Below are positions 1-11,000 of a stretch of DNA of 64,000 bases, in pieces. A program made the position numbers and the translations under genes. The notes under the pieces are model-generated. The model saw only the letters and a list, made by a program, of their open reading frames with translations, did not search any database and was not told the origin of the DNA. The stretch's first letter is position 1. Each line of letters begins with the position of its first letter. Source of the DNA: Gammaproteobacteria bacterium (GTDB lineage: Bacteria; Pseudomonadota; Gammaproteobacteria; Eutrophobiales; Eutrophobiaceae); contig OZ244905.1 in the NCBI GenBank assembly GCA_965221695.1, forward strand, positions 1,856,001 to 1,920,000, given 5' to 3'.

Positions 1-278
1 TGCCGGGCCGGGTACTGACCGTGCAGTACGAGGAAGTCGTCACCGATTTCGAGAATCAGGCGCGCAGAATCCTGGACTATTGCGAGCTGCCTTGGGAAGA
101 CAGTTGCATCCGATTTTACGAAACCGAACGGCCGGTCCGGACGGCAAGTTCCGAGCAGGTGCGCCAGCCCATTTATGCCGACGCGCTCAATTTCTGGCGC
201 AACTACGAGACCCACCTGAGCGAACTGGAAGAAATTCTTGGGCCCATTCGCGATCGCTATAGAAAATATGAAAACTAA
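1..278 (+). CDS. sulfotransferase family protein, C-terminal part (5' truncated by window edge)
   Basis: Frame is open from base 3 (PGRVLTVQYEEVV...). YEELV-like motif plus RxVRTASSEQVRQPIY, typical of the C-terminus of TPR-sulfotransferases. Confidence 0.85.
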   Translation, partial: PGRVLTVQYEEVVTDFENQARRILDYCELPWEDSCIRFYETERPVRTASSEQVRQPIYADALNFWRNYETHLSELEEILGPIRDRYRKYEN

Positions 279-379
279 CCCTGTTTCGAGGCTGCCAACA
301 TATTTCCTCATGATCAGGGCGCTGCTCGCGCCGATTGCGCGTAACTGTTGGCGCAGGCCAGTTAACAAAACTTATGCGG

Positions 380-411
380 CAAAAAATGAATGAAGATTTA
401 TTCATTTTTTG
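380..411. promoter_or_regulatory. inverted repeat, candidate operator upstream of TonB receptor
   Basis: CAAAAAATGAAT-N8-ATTCATTTTTTG, a perfect 12-bp inverted repeat just upstream of TTGCAT(422-427)-N18-TAATAT(446-451). Confidence 0.45.
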
Positions 412-485
412 ACACAAAAGCTTGCATTTTACAGAACCATTGAGCTAATATATTAGGTAGTTTAAGGTTTAGCGGGATAACCACC

Positions 486-2927
486 ATGTCAAGTAACAAA
501 ACAACTGTTCAACGGCCGCCATTCCAAAAAAAGACCCTCGCCATTGCCATGTCGGCCCTGCTGGGCGGCGCTCAGGCTGCCAATGCTCAAATACTGGAAG
601 AAATCGTCGTTACCGCAACTAAGCGGGAGGCCAATCTGCAGGATATACCCGTATCGATTACTGCGTTTACGACGGATGAAATTCATCGTCGCGGTTTCAA
701 GGGCATGGACGATTATGTCAGCTTCATTCCGGGCCTGGCCGTTGGCCGGCGCGAACCCGGCGGCAACTCGGTGGTATTCCGCGGGGTCGCGGCATCTGGC
801 ATCCAGTTCGGCAACAATCCTTCTAGCGGTGTTTACCTGGATGAACAACCGATTACCGCCGCCGGCATCAACCCGGATCCGCGCCTGGTTGATATAGAAC
901 GGGTCGAAGCATTAAGCGGTCCGCAAGGCACCTTGTTCGGCGATGCCTCCCAATCCGGGACGCTGCGCATTATTACCAACAAACCGGATGCTAACGAATT
1001 TGACAGTTGGGTCGAGGCCTCCGGTTCACAGGTTGATGGCGGCGATGCCGGCTATGATGTGAGCGCAATGGTCAACCTCCCTGTGATCGAAAACCAGTTG
1101 GCTGTTCGCCTGGTCGGTTTTCGCGCGGAAGAAGCCGGCTACATCGATAATGTGCTTGGCCCCAGCGCCGGCGGCTCTTTTGACAATGCCGGCTTTGTCG
1201 AGGAGGACGTCAATACCAGCAGGACCACCGGCGGACGGATCGCCGCGCGCTGGACCCCCAATGAGGACTGGACTCTGGATGTGTCCGCGATATACCAGGA
1301 CTGGGAGGCCGATGGTTTTGCCGACGCCAATCTCGAGGCGGGCAACTTGGAACAGGTTCGCTTCAACAAAGAGACAATGGACGAGGATTGGTACCAGTTG
1401 GGCCTGACCCTGGAGGGCAAGCTGGGTTTTGCCGATACCTTATTGCATGCCTCTTATTTCAATCGTGATTTTCGCTACGATGCCGATGGCACTGATTATC
1501 AGTTTGCCTTCAACCAACTGTTTGATGATGCGTATTACGATGTCTATAATTTTGGCGGCGACCCAAAAGACGGTTTTGCCATCAACGATGTGGGCAATGA
1601 GCGCTGGACCGTGGAGGCGCGATTGTCGACACCGGCTGACTCCGACAGCAAATGGTTCGGATTAGTGGGCATGTTTTACAACCGCACTGAGGAACATTCG
1701 GTATTTGCCGCGGGTAATGGTGATTTCGGCGGTTCCCCGGGATTTTATTACATCGCCTATAACGTAGATTTCAATAATCCGACTTATATCGATTACGACG
1801 GCACTATCCCAAATCCGGACTATAGGCCGGACAGCGCTTCCCTGAATGGGTTGCCTCCCGGTAGCTGGGAAGCCAATGACAACTGGTTTTTCGGGGTCTA
1901 TGACGAGCAGATCGACCAGTTTGCCATTTTCGGCGAGATGAGCTTCGATTTCACCGAGAATTTTACCATTACCGCTGGCGGACGCTGGTTTCGGGTTGAA
2001 CGCGAGTTCCACCTGGTGCAAGGCGCGCTGCAACAAGGGGATGCGCTGAAGCCCGATTATGAGACCGACTTCATTGTTACCGATGAAACCGTAGACGGGA
2101 TCGATCATGGTTTTGTGCCCAAGCTCAACCTGAGTTGGCGCTACACCGACGACATGATGGTTTACTTTACCTATTCACAAGGCTTCCGCAGTGGCGGCGG
2201 CAACGGCTCCAAGCGCATTTCAGGCATTCCTTCCACGTATGACGCGGACAAGCTGAAAAACATGGAAGTGGGGGCAAAATCCACCTGGCTGGATGGCCGT
2301 TTGCGCGCCAACTTCACCGCCTATAAAATGGAATGGGAAGATATACAAGTGCAGGTGGAAGACCCGAACCCGCTGGTGTTTTCCTTGGGTATCGTGAACT
2401 TCCCGGAGGCAAAGATAGACGGCTTCGAGTTTGACTTTGCCTGGTTGCCGGCCGAAGGCTGGGACCTGGGCGGAACGGTTGCCTATAACGATGCCAGGAT
2501 TTCCGAAACAGCGGCCCTGGATTTTCTGGGCTACACGCTGGATGTGGAAAAAGGCAGCAGGCTCCCGATTACGCCGGACTGGAAGGCGAGTCTGTCTGTG
2601 CAATATACCTTCCCGCAACTGATTGCCGGCGCCGAACCCTATATGCGCTTCGATTATTCGCATACCGGCGAATCGATTAATGCCTTGAGGGGTGTTGAAT
2701 CCATCGTCGCGCTGGAGACCGACCCGCCGACCACGGTGCAGAAGGCTTATGATGTCGGTGATTTCAGTATGGGACTGGAGGCCGATACCTGGAGCGCGTC
2801 ATTTTATGTTAATAATGTCTGGGACGAGAGCGGCACTACGTTTGTGAATAACCGCTGGGCTGAACGACGTTTTGGCGTGAACCAGCCCCGCACCTTTGGT
2901 GTGACCTTCAGAAAATATTTCAGGTAA
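486..2927 (+). CDS. TonB-dependent outer-membrane receptor
   Basis: Signal peptide (AQAANA), TonB-box-like LEEIVVTATKRE, plug motif IERVEALSGPQGTLFG, C-terminal beta strand PRTFGVTFRKYF. Confidence 0.95.
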   Translation: MSSNKTTVQRPPFQKKTLAIAMSALLGGAQAANAQILEEIVVTATKREANLQDIPVSITAFTTDEIHRRGFKGMDDYVSFIPGLAVGRREPGGNSVVFRGVAASGIQFGNNPSSGVYLDEQPITAAGINPDPRLVDIERVEALSGPQGTLFGDASQSGTLRIITNKPDANEFDSWVEASGSQVDGGDAGYDVSAMVNLPVIENQLAVRLVGFRAEEAGYIDNVLGPSAGGSFDNAGFVEEDVNTSRTTGGRIAARWTPNEDWTLDVSAIYQDWEADGFADANLEAGNLEQVRFNKETMDEDWYQLGLTLEGKLGFADTLLHASYFNRDFRYDADGTDYQFAFNQLFDDAYYDVYNFGGDPKDGFAINDVGNERWTVEARLSTPADSDSKWFGLVGMFYNRTEEHSVFAAGNGDFGGSPGFYYIAYNVDFNNPTYIDYDGTIPNPDYRPDSASLNGLPPGSWEANDNWFFGVYDEQIDQFAIFGEMSFDFTENFTITAGGRWFRVEREFHLVQGALQQGDALKPDYETDFIVTDETVDGIDHGFVPKLNLSWRYTDDMMVYFTYSQGFRSGGGNGSKRISGIPSTYDADKLKNMEVGAKSTWLDGRLRANFTAYKMEWEDIQVQVEDPNPLVFSLGIVNFPEAKIDGFEFDFAWLPAEGWDLGGTVAYNDARISETAALDFLGYTLDVEKGSRLPITPDWKASLSVQYTFPQLIAGAEPYMRFDYSHTGESINALRGVESIVALETDPPTTVQKAYDVGDFSMGLEADTWSASFYVNNVWDESGTTFVNNRWAERRFGVNQPRTFGVTFRKYFR

Positions 2928-2983
2928 TATTCCTGTATCTGCCATCGGTTTGCAGAGCTCACCTACTGTGAGGCGCTCTGTTT

Positions 2984-4312
2984 ATGCTCGAAGACTGGTT
3001 TAACGAAAACGCCATCGAAGAGGTAGAGGTGCTGATCCCTGATTTTGCCGGTATGGCCAGGGGCAAATACGTGCCTGTGGAACGCTACCTGCAAGATCAG
3101 GGAATACGCCTTGCCCAAGGTCTTTTTACTCAGACTATTTCCGGCGAATATACGGAATTGGTCGAAACCATTAACCCCACGGATATGGATATGGAGGCCC
3201 GACCGGCGTTGGAAACACTGCGCATAGTGCCCTGGGCAAATTACCCGACCGCCCAGATTATCCACGACTGTTATCAGCATGACGGCGCGCCGGTGACACT
3301 GGCTCCCAGGCATGTCTTGCAACGGACGCTGGCTATGTATGAGAGCCAGGGCAGAGCCGCTGTGGTCGCGCCGGAGATAGAGTTTTACCTGGTCAAGGCC
3401 AATACCGACCCCCATTTTCCATTAGAGCCGCCAACCGGCCGTTCAGGGCGTCAGGAACAATCCCGCCGTGTTCTGAGCATCGATGCCTTGAACGAATTCG
3501 ACGATGTCATCGAAGATATCTATACCTACGCTGAACTGCAGCAATTGGATATAGAAACCGTGTCTTATGAAGACGGCATCGCTCAACTGGAAGTCAATTT
3601 TCGTCATGGCGAGCCGATGCGTCTGGCCGACCAAGTGTTCGCGTTCAAACGCACTGTGCGCGAAGCGGCATATAAACACGATATGCACGCAACCTTCATG
3701 GCCAAACCCCACCAGGATCAGCCCGGCAGTTCGATGCACCTGCACCAGAGCATCATCGATAAGAAAACCGGTGAAAATATCTTTATGGGTAAGCCTGGTG
3801 AACCGAATAAATTGTTCAAAGGCTATATCGCCGGTTTACAGAAATACATGCCCGCGATCATGCCCATGTTTGCGCCCAACGTGAATTCTTATCGGCGCAT
3901 CGCCCGCTACCTGTCCGCGCCCATCAATACCCATTGGGGCTTCGACAATCGCACGGCAGGCCTGCGCGTGCCCTCATCGGCGCCTGAAGACACCCGGATT
4001 GAAAACCGGGTGCCCGGCGCTGACACCAACCCTTACCTGGTTATCGCCGCGTCTTTGGCAGCAGGCTACCTGGGCATGGAAAAACAGCTCGAACCGAGCC
4101 GGCCAATCGACGACAGCGCGCAGGAGCGGGCAATTACTCTGCCGCGTGACTTGCTGTCCGCGTTGAAGTTCCTGCGCAGGAGCGGGCCGATACGCCAGAT
4201 TCTCGGTGAAGAATTTGTCCAAGCCTATTTTGCCGTGAAGGAATTGGAATACGAAACATTTCTGGGGGTGATCAGTTCCTGGGAACGGGAGCGCCTGTTG
4301 TTGACGGTATAA
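2984..4312 (+). CDS. glutamine synthetase family protein (gamma-glutamyl-polyamine synthetase, PuuA/SpuB-like)
   Basis: APEIEFYL, QLEVN, ATFMAKP, GSSMHLHQS, WGFDNRT and RIENRVPGADTNPYL motifs; a PuuB-like oxidase lies nearby. Confidence 0.9.
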   Translation: MLEDWFNENAIEEVEVLIPDFAGMARGKYVPVERYLQDQGIRLAQGLFTQTISGEYTELVETINPTDMDMEARPALETLRIVPWANYPTAQIIHDCYQHDGAPVTLAPRHVLQRTLAMYESQGRAAVVAPEIEFYLVKANTDPHFPLEPPTGRSGRQEQSRRVLSIDALNEFDDVIEDIYTYAELQQLDIETVSYEDGIAQLEVNFRHGEPMRLADQVFAFKRTVREAAYKHDMHATFMAKPHQDQPGSSMHLHQSIIDKKTGENIFMGKPGEPNKLFKGYIAGLQKYMPAIMPMFAPNVNSYRRIARYLSAPINTHWGFDNRTAGLRVPSSAPEDTRIENRVPGADTNPYLVIAASLAAGYLGMEKQLEPSRPIDDSAQERAITLPRDLLSALKFLRRSGPIRQILGEEFVQAYFAVKELEYETFLGVISSWERERLLLTV

Positions 4313-4358
4313 TGCGTATCACGATGATCTCAGTGATTCGCTTGTTAGCATCGGATAT

Positions 4359-4635
4359 ATGATGAACCAGCCGGCAAACAATACCGCAAACTGGCGGGCC
4401 ATTGACCGGGCGCACCAACTGCACCCCTTTTCCGATACCAAAGCCCTGGCAGAGGAAGGCTGCCGCGTGATCACGCGCGCGCAGGATATCTATAATCTGG
4501 GACAACGGTCTGGTCATGCGAGCCATACGTGATACTATGGTTATCTCTCCACCGCTGACTATGACGAGAGAACAAATCGACGAGCTGATTGAACTTGTCT
4601 ACAAATGCCTGAAGCTGACTGCTGGTAAACTGTAA
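4359..4635 (+). pseudogene. remnant of class III (putrescine/omega-amine:pyruvate, SpuC-like) aminotransferase with large internal deletion and frameshift
   Basis: 4359-4493 encodes MMNQPANNTANWRAIDRAHQLHPFSDTKALAEEGCRVITRAQDIY (N-terminus). After one extra A (4494), 4495-4635 encodes IWDNGLVMRAIRDTMVISPPLTMTREQIDELIELVYKCLKLTAGKL* (C-terminus). Not in the ORF track. Confidence 0.85.
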
Positions 4636-4650
4636 ACCGGAGGAAACAAC

Positions 4651-6474
4651 ATGGGCTGGCAACATCAACTATTACGAGTCAATCTGAGCAACCTGAGTTG
4701 CGCAGTAGAATCGTTGAACAAAGAATGGGCGCAATCCTACCTGGGACAGCGGGGACTGGGCACCAAGTATCTGTATGAAGAGATCGACCCGCGGGTTGAC
4801 CCGGTTTCTCCCGAGAACAAGCTGATCTTTGCAACCGGCCCTTTGACCGGCACCATGGCCTCCACCGGGGGACGTTATTCGGTCATCACCAAGGGCGCGT
4901 TGACAAATGCCATTGCCTGTTCCAATTCCGGCGGCCAATTCGGCGCCGAGCTGAAACTGGCCGGTTACGACCTGCTGATCCTGGAAGGCAAGGCGCCGAA
5001 ACCCGTTTACCTTCATATCGAAAACGAGCGCGCGCGGTTGTTGCCTGCCGATCGCCTCTGGGGAAAGACTGTCTGGGAGACGGAAGAAATCATCAAGCAA
5101 ACGCATCAGGATCCTCTGATCCATATTGCCTCAGTCGGGCCCAGCGCCGAATACGGTTGCCGTTTTGCCTGCGTGGTTAATGACATGCACCGGGCCGCCG
5201 GCCGCTCCGGCGTCGGCACAGTGATGGGTTCGAAGGGCCTGAAGGCCATTGCCGTGCGGGGGACAAAAGGCGTCAGCGTGGCGGACCCTGCAGCATTTAT
5301 GCAGATCGCGACGGACACGGCGCAGGCCATGCGGCAAGATAGCGGGCGCAAAGCTCTAACCGGGGATGGCACCATCGCGATGATGGATACTACCAATGTC
5401 TATGGCTCCTTGCCCACCCGGAACTTCCGAGATGTCCAGTTTGAGGGCGCCGACAAAATCGGCCTGAGCGCAATGAAGACCGCCAATGAAAACGGCCATG
5501 TCAACCTTGTGACCAACAGCGCCTGCTTTGGCTGCACTATCGGTTGTGGCAGGGTCTGCCACATCGACCCGACACATTTTTCCGTCAAGGACAAGCCGCA
5601 ATATCACGGCGCGTCCGGCGGGCTTGAATACGAAACTGCGTATGCGCTGGGTTCTGCGGTAGGCGTAGACGATATCGACGCTGCCACGTATTGTGGTTTC
5701 CTCTGCAACGAATACGGTATGGATCCCATCTCCCTGGGCGGGTCTATCTCTGCCGCGATGGAGTTATTCGATATCGGCGCTATTGATGAATCGGTCACCG
5801 GCGGCATCAAGCTGGAATTCGGTTCCGCGGAAGCATTGTGCGCGATGACTGAAGCCGTTGCCAAAGGAGAAGGGTTCGGACGGGATGTGGGCATGGGCTC
5901 AAAGCTACTGTGCGAGAAGTATGGTCGCCCCGAGCTTTCCATGTCCGTCAAGGGCCAGGAATTCGCCGCCTATGACGGGCGCGGCATGCAAGGGATGGGC
6001 CTGGGATATGCCACCAGCAACCGGGGCGCCTGCCATTTACGCGCCAGCCCTTACGAACATGATTTTACCACCCTGGAAACCGAGGGCAAGGCGCAGGTAG
6101 TCAAGGAGACCCAGGATTTTATCGCTGCAGTCGATTCCAGCGGTTTATGCCTGTTCTCAGGCTTCGGCGGCTTCTCCAACGAACTGGTTGCGAAACACGT
6201 CGATGCCGCCTGTGCCGGAGAATGGGATGAAACGCGCCTGCAGGAGACCGGGGAGCGCATCTGGAACCTGGAACGGCAGTTCAACCTTGCCGCCGGTTTG
6301 ACCGGCAAAGACGATACCTTGCCTCCCAGGATTCTGTCCGAACCGGCGCCAAGCGGCGTGGGTAAAGGGCAGGTATGCAAGCTGGATGAGATGCTTCCGC
6401 AATATTACCAGTTGCGCGGCTGGGACGAGGGCGGCGCGCCGGTACCGGAAACCCTGGAACGGCTTGGACTGTAG
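4651..6474 (+). CDS. aldehyde:ferredoxin oxidoreductase family protein (tungstopterin subunit, AorB-like)
   Basis: GGAGG RBS; motifs AAGRSGVGTVMGSKGLKAI, CxxCxxxC (CFGCTIGC), LEYET, CNEYGMDPIS, RGACH, YYQLRGWD. Confidence 0.92.
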   Translation: MGWQHQLLRVNLSNLSCAVESLNKEWAQSYLGQRGLGTKYLYEEIDPRVDPVSPENKLIFATGPLTGTMASTGGRYSVITKGALTNAIACSNSGGQFGAELKLAGYDLLILEGKAPKPVYLHIENERARLLPADRLWGKTVWETEEIIKQTHQDPLIHIASVGPSAEYGCRFACVVNDMHRAAGRSGVGTVMGSKGLKAIAVRGTKGVSVADPAAFMQIATDTAQAMRQDSGRKALTGDGTIAMMDTTNVYGSLPTRNFRDVQFEGADKIGLSAMKTANENGHVNLVTNSACFGCTIGCGRVCHIDPTHFSVKDKPQYHGASGGLEYETAYALGSAVGVDDIDAATYCGFLCNEYGMDPISLGGSISAAMELFDIGAIDESVTGGIKLEFGSAEALCAMTEAVAKGEGFGRDVGMGSKLLCEKYGRPELSMSVKGQEFAAYDGRGMQGMGLGYATSNRGACHLRASPYEHDFTTLETEGKAQVVKETQDFIAAVDSSGLCLFSGFGGFSNELVAKHVDAACAGEWDETRLQETGERIWNLERQFNLAAGLTGKDDTLPPRILSEPAPSGVGKGQVCKLDEMLPQYYQLRGWDEGGAPVPETLERLGL

Positions 6475-6598
6475 CGCTGGATCAATGCCGGCAGCGCCGC
6501 CGTTGCCATCCCTGCTACGCGGCAACGGCAAAGTTCAGCGTAGATTATCCTCTACTCCAGAGCTGCGGGCAGCTTGAACAGCTTAAGGACCGTATCTG

Positions 6599-7885
6599 AT
6601 GCCGGAGCAATACCAGCAAGCCCATTGTAATTCCTATTACGCGGCAACGGCGAACGTTACTACTGACTACCCTGCGCTCCAGGGCGCGGAGAGTTGCGAT
6701 GTCTGTGTCATCGGTGCCGGGTTCACCGGCATTTCCGCGGCGCTGAGCCTGGCAGAGCGAGGCTATAAGGTCAGCGTTATTGAGGCAAACCGAGTAGGCT
6801 GGGGAGCGTCCGGACGTAACGGCGGCCAGCTTATCGGCGGCATTAGCGGGGAGGAACACCTGGAAAAATCTCAGAATCAGAACATCTCCGATCAGCTCTG
6901 GTCCATGCGCTGGGCTGGCCATGAGATCATCAAGCAGCGAGTCGAGAAGTATTCCATAGAATGCGATCTCAAGTTCGGACATATGGATGTCGCCATCAAA
7001 CCCCGCCACTGGCGCGACCTGCTGGAGGAATACGACACCTTGCAAGAACGGGGATTTCCGCATGAAACCAGGCTGGCGCCGAAGCAGGAAATTACGAGTG
7101 TGATAGGCACGGAGGCCTATATCGGTGGCCTGATCAACATGGCCAACGGCCATCTGCATCCCCTAAACCTGTGCCTGGGCGAGGCTGCAGCGGCCGCGCA
7201 ACAGGGAACCAACATATACGAACAGTCTCCCGTACTCCGGATTGAACACGGTAGCAAACCGCGTGTGCATACTGAAGCAGGCAGCATCACTTGCGACTTC
7301 GTAATCCTGGCAGGTAATGCCTACCACCGCTTAGAACCCCGGCGCCTGGGCGGCTATGTGTTCCCCGCCGGCAGCTTTATCATTGCCACCGAACCCCTGT
7401 CAGATGAAATGGTAAGCGAAATCAACCCCCTGGACCTGGCCGTGTGCGATCCCAATCATGTGCTCGACTACTTCAGACTGAGCGCGGACAAGCGTCTGTT
7501 ATTCGGTGGCCGCTGCAATTATTCCGGTCGCGACCCGCGCAGTATCAGCCGATCCATTTTTCCGAGGATGGCAAAGATCTTTCCGCAACTGAAAAACGCG
7601 CGCATCGATTACGAATGGGGCGGCAAAATCGGCATTGTCATCAACCGCGTCCCGCATATCGGCAGACTGCAAGACAATGTCTTCTACGCCCAGGGCTATT
7701 CCGGCCACGGCGTAAACGTCACCCACCTGGCCGGTCAGATCCTGGCCGAAGCCATCGCCGGCACGTATGAGCGCTTCGACATATTCGCAAAGACCAAACA
7801 TCTGCGCATCCCCGGCGGTCAATGGATAGGCAACCAACTGCTTGCCCTGGGTATGCTCTACTATCGGTTGCTGGATTTGCTTTGA
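6599..7885 (+). CDS. puuB: FAD-dependent oxidoreductase, gamma-glutamylputrescine oxidase (PuuB/OrdL)-like
   Basis: SYYAATA, GAGFTG FAD motif, GWGASGRNGGQ, GHLHPLNL, LDYFRLSADKRLLFGG, QGYSGHG. Confidence 0.85.
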   Translation: MPEQYQQAHCNSYYAATANVTTDYPALQGAESCDVCVIGAGFTGISAALSLAERGYKVSVIEANRVGWGASGRNGGQLIGGISGEEHLEKSQNQNISDQLWSMRWAGHEIIKQRVEKYSIECDLKFGHMDVAIKPRHWRDLLEEYDTLQERGFPHETRLAPKQEITSVIGTEAYIGGLINMANGHLHPLNLCLGEAAAAAQQGTNIYEQSPVLRIEHGSKPRVHTEAGSITCDFVILAGNAYHRLEPRRLGGYVFPAGSFIIATEPLSDEMVSEINPLDLAVCDPNHVLDYFRLSADKRLLFGGRCNYSGRDPRSISRSIFPRMAKIFPQLKNARIDYEWGGKIGIVINRVPHIGRLQDNVFYAQGYSGHGVNVTHLAGQILAEAIAGTYERFDIFAKTKHLRIPGGQWIGNQLLALGMLYYRLLDLL

Positions 7886-8014
7886 TTTTTATTGGGAGGA
7901 GAAGTAGAATAAATCCGTCCGGGATCGCGGGCTCCCGGAAGGCTCTAATCCAATAGGACTGGCGGGGAATTATCTGACGCTGTGCAAGCCGGACCATAAG
8001 CATGACCGCAAGGA

Positions 8015-11000
8015 ATGAAGACCACAATCCATAATCAGGAAAAATTCCAGCAACTTCTTCGCGAACTGTTCCAGTTTGATTGCGCCGATCTGGATTTCGG
8101 TATCTACCGCATTATGAATCACAAGCGGGAAGTGATCGAAAAATTTATCTCCGAGGACTTGGTCAAAGTTGTAAGTGAGGAGTTAGACCGGGATATCCTG
8201 AACGATCAGGAACGGGCTGTCCGGGAGTTAGAAGAAACAGCAAAATTAGTGCAAGAAACATTCGGCGATGACGCGCTGGATGCCAGCGGCAAATTACAAC
8301 GCTACCATGAGACTCCGCTGGGTAAAAAATACCTGAAATGGCAGCAACGCGCCATCGGGGCGCGCAACCGCAAAGCGCTGGAAGCGGATATCTTCAACCA
8401 CCTATTCGCTTTTTTCAGCCGTTATTACCAGGACGGCGATTTTATCTCTAAACGCCGCTACTCTAAACAGCATCGTTACGCCATTCCTTACAACGGGGAA
8501 GAGGTTTATCTGCATTGGGCCAACGCGGATCAGTACTACATAAAAACCGCCGAATATTTTCACGACTATTCCTATAGTTCGCAGGGGGTCACCGTCCATT
8601 TCAAACTCAATAACGCTGATGTTGAACAAAATAATATTAAAGGCGAAAAACGCTTCTTTGTGCCCCTTATCACTGGCATAACACAAAACGAAAGCGCCAA
8701 AGCATTCACCATCCCTTTTGAATATCGGCCATTAGACGAACAGGAAGAAACCCGATACGGGAGAACAAATCAGCAAGACACGATTATTACTGAGTTCGTT
8801 GCTGAAATACAGACAAGATCAGAGCTGTCAAACGAAATCCTGGTTGCGCTGGGTACCGCACGTCAGCGGAATGCAGACAATCAACCGGTCACATTTCTGG
8901 AACATCACCTGCGACAATACACTCGCCGAAATACTTCGGATTTTTTCATTCATAAAAACCTGAAGGCATTTTTATCACAGGAGTTAGATTTCTATATCAA
9001 AAGCGAAGCGCTACATCTTGATGATTTGGAAATTGCCGGCGAGGATTTTGCCGAAGGCTGGTTCCAGGTTATCCGGGTTCTCAGGAAGACAGGCAGTCAA
9101 ATTATCGATTTTCTCGACCAGATCGAAGGGTTTCAAAAGATGCTTTGGGAAAAGCGCAAATTCATCACTGAAATTGAGTATTGCATCACCATCGGCAATA
9201 TAGATGAACACTTTTACCCCACTATCGCTGACTGCGAGCCACAATGGATTGAATGGAAAGACTTATTTCATATTGATGAGGACAAGACAGATCTTTTCAC
9301 TTCCGGCGGAAGCGCTAGGGACAAACGCATCATCTTCATGAAGGATCATCCCACCCTCGTTCTCGACACCAAGCGCTTCGATGAGGACTTCAAGAACGAA
9401 CTGCTCGCATCTATCGAAGACATTGATGAATTATGCGATGGGTTGCTGATTCATTCGGAGAACTTCCAGGCTTTGGGGGTTCTTAACAATCGTTATCGGA
9501 GCAAAATAAAGTGTGTACATATCGACCCTCCATATAACACCGACACCAGTGGATTTTTATATAAAAATGAATACCGCCATTCAAGTTGGATGACGTTCAT
9601 GGAAAGCAGAATATTGGCATCAATCAACATGCTCACTAACGATGCATCTTATCTTTGCCATATTGATGAGAATGAATATGAACGCTTGCAACTTCTGTTT
9701 GAACGCATACCAATACCTGCTGCAGGCACTGCTGTCTGGGATAAAAGGAACCCTATGAACGCAGGTCGTGGTTTAGCGATGCAACATGAGTACATGATTT
9801 GGAGATCGAGGAAACGAGGGCCTATATATCTACGAAACCACAACATATCCTTAATATTGAAGACCGCTGACAACATACTTCAGAAATATGGAGAAGTTTC
9901 AGATGAAGCAAGAAAAGAATTTGCCGAATATGTAGATAACAACAAACAACTAACCGGAGGAGAGAAGGCATATCGGCATTTGGATGACGATGGAAATATT
10001 TATCAAAGTGTCAGCCTAAGGGCACCTGAACCAAGAACCGAGCAAAAATTCCATATTCCCCTAATACATCCTATTTCTGGTAAGCCCTGTCCCGTACCTC
10101 CAAATGGTTTTTCTCGCACTCCTGAAACATTACAAATCATGATAGAGCGGGGCGAGATTATCTTTGGATTAGATGAAAGCATACAGCCACGTCAAAAAGT
10201 CGTTCTTACAACCGAAAAAAGAAGGCAAATGTCTTCGGTCATACAAGACGCAAAAAAGGGAAAAGCAGATCTTGATCGGCTAGACCTTGATTTTCCTTAC
10301 TGTCATCCAGTCTCATTTTATGAGGAAATCATCGCGGCAGCCGTCGACAACGATAATGAAATTATACTGGATTACTTCGCGGGTTCCGGAACTACGGCCC
10401 ATGCTGTTATGAATCTTAACCGCGATAATGGAGGCAACATTAAGTTCATCATGGTTGAAATGGGACAATATTTTGATACTGTGCTACTGCCGCGCATCAA
10501 AAAAGTAACCTTTTCCCCAGAATGGAAAGACGGAAAACCAACTCGCATGGCCAGCCGGGAAGAAGCCAATCGTAGCCCGCGCATCATCAAGTATCTGCGC
10601 CTGGAAAGTTACGAAGACGCTTTGAATAACATCGAGCTTGATGACTCATCAGGACAGCAGGCCATGAAATTCGATGATTACCTGCTTAACTACATGCTCC
10701 AATGGGAGGCCAAACACAGTAAGACTTTGCTGAACGTTGAAGACCTCGCCCGACCGTTCGATTACAAACTGCAAATCCATACGAACGGCGCGACACGAGC
10801 AACGACTGTTGACATCCCGGAAACCTTTAACTACCTGCTGGGTCTCCACGTACAAACACGTCGAATATACGATGACGAGGGGCGACGCTACCTTATCTAC
10901 CAAGGCTTGGTTGACCAGCGACGGGCCGTCATCATATGGCGCGAAACCGACGGATGGCAAAAGGAAGATCTGGAACGCGATAAACAATTCATCAGCGAAC

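Noticed and set aside
7918-7939. Hairpin TCCGGGA-N8-TCCCGGA after puuB as a terminator
   Set aside because: No U-tract follows; function unsupported.
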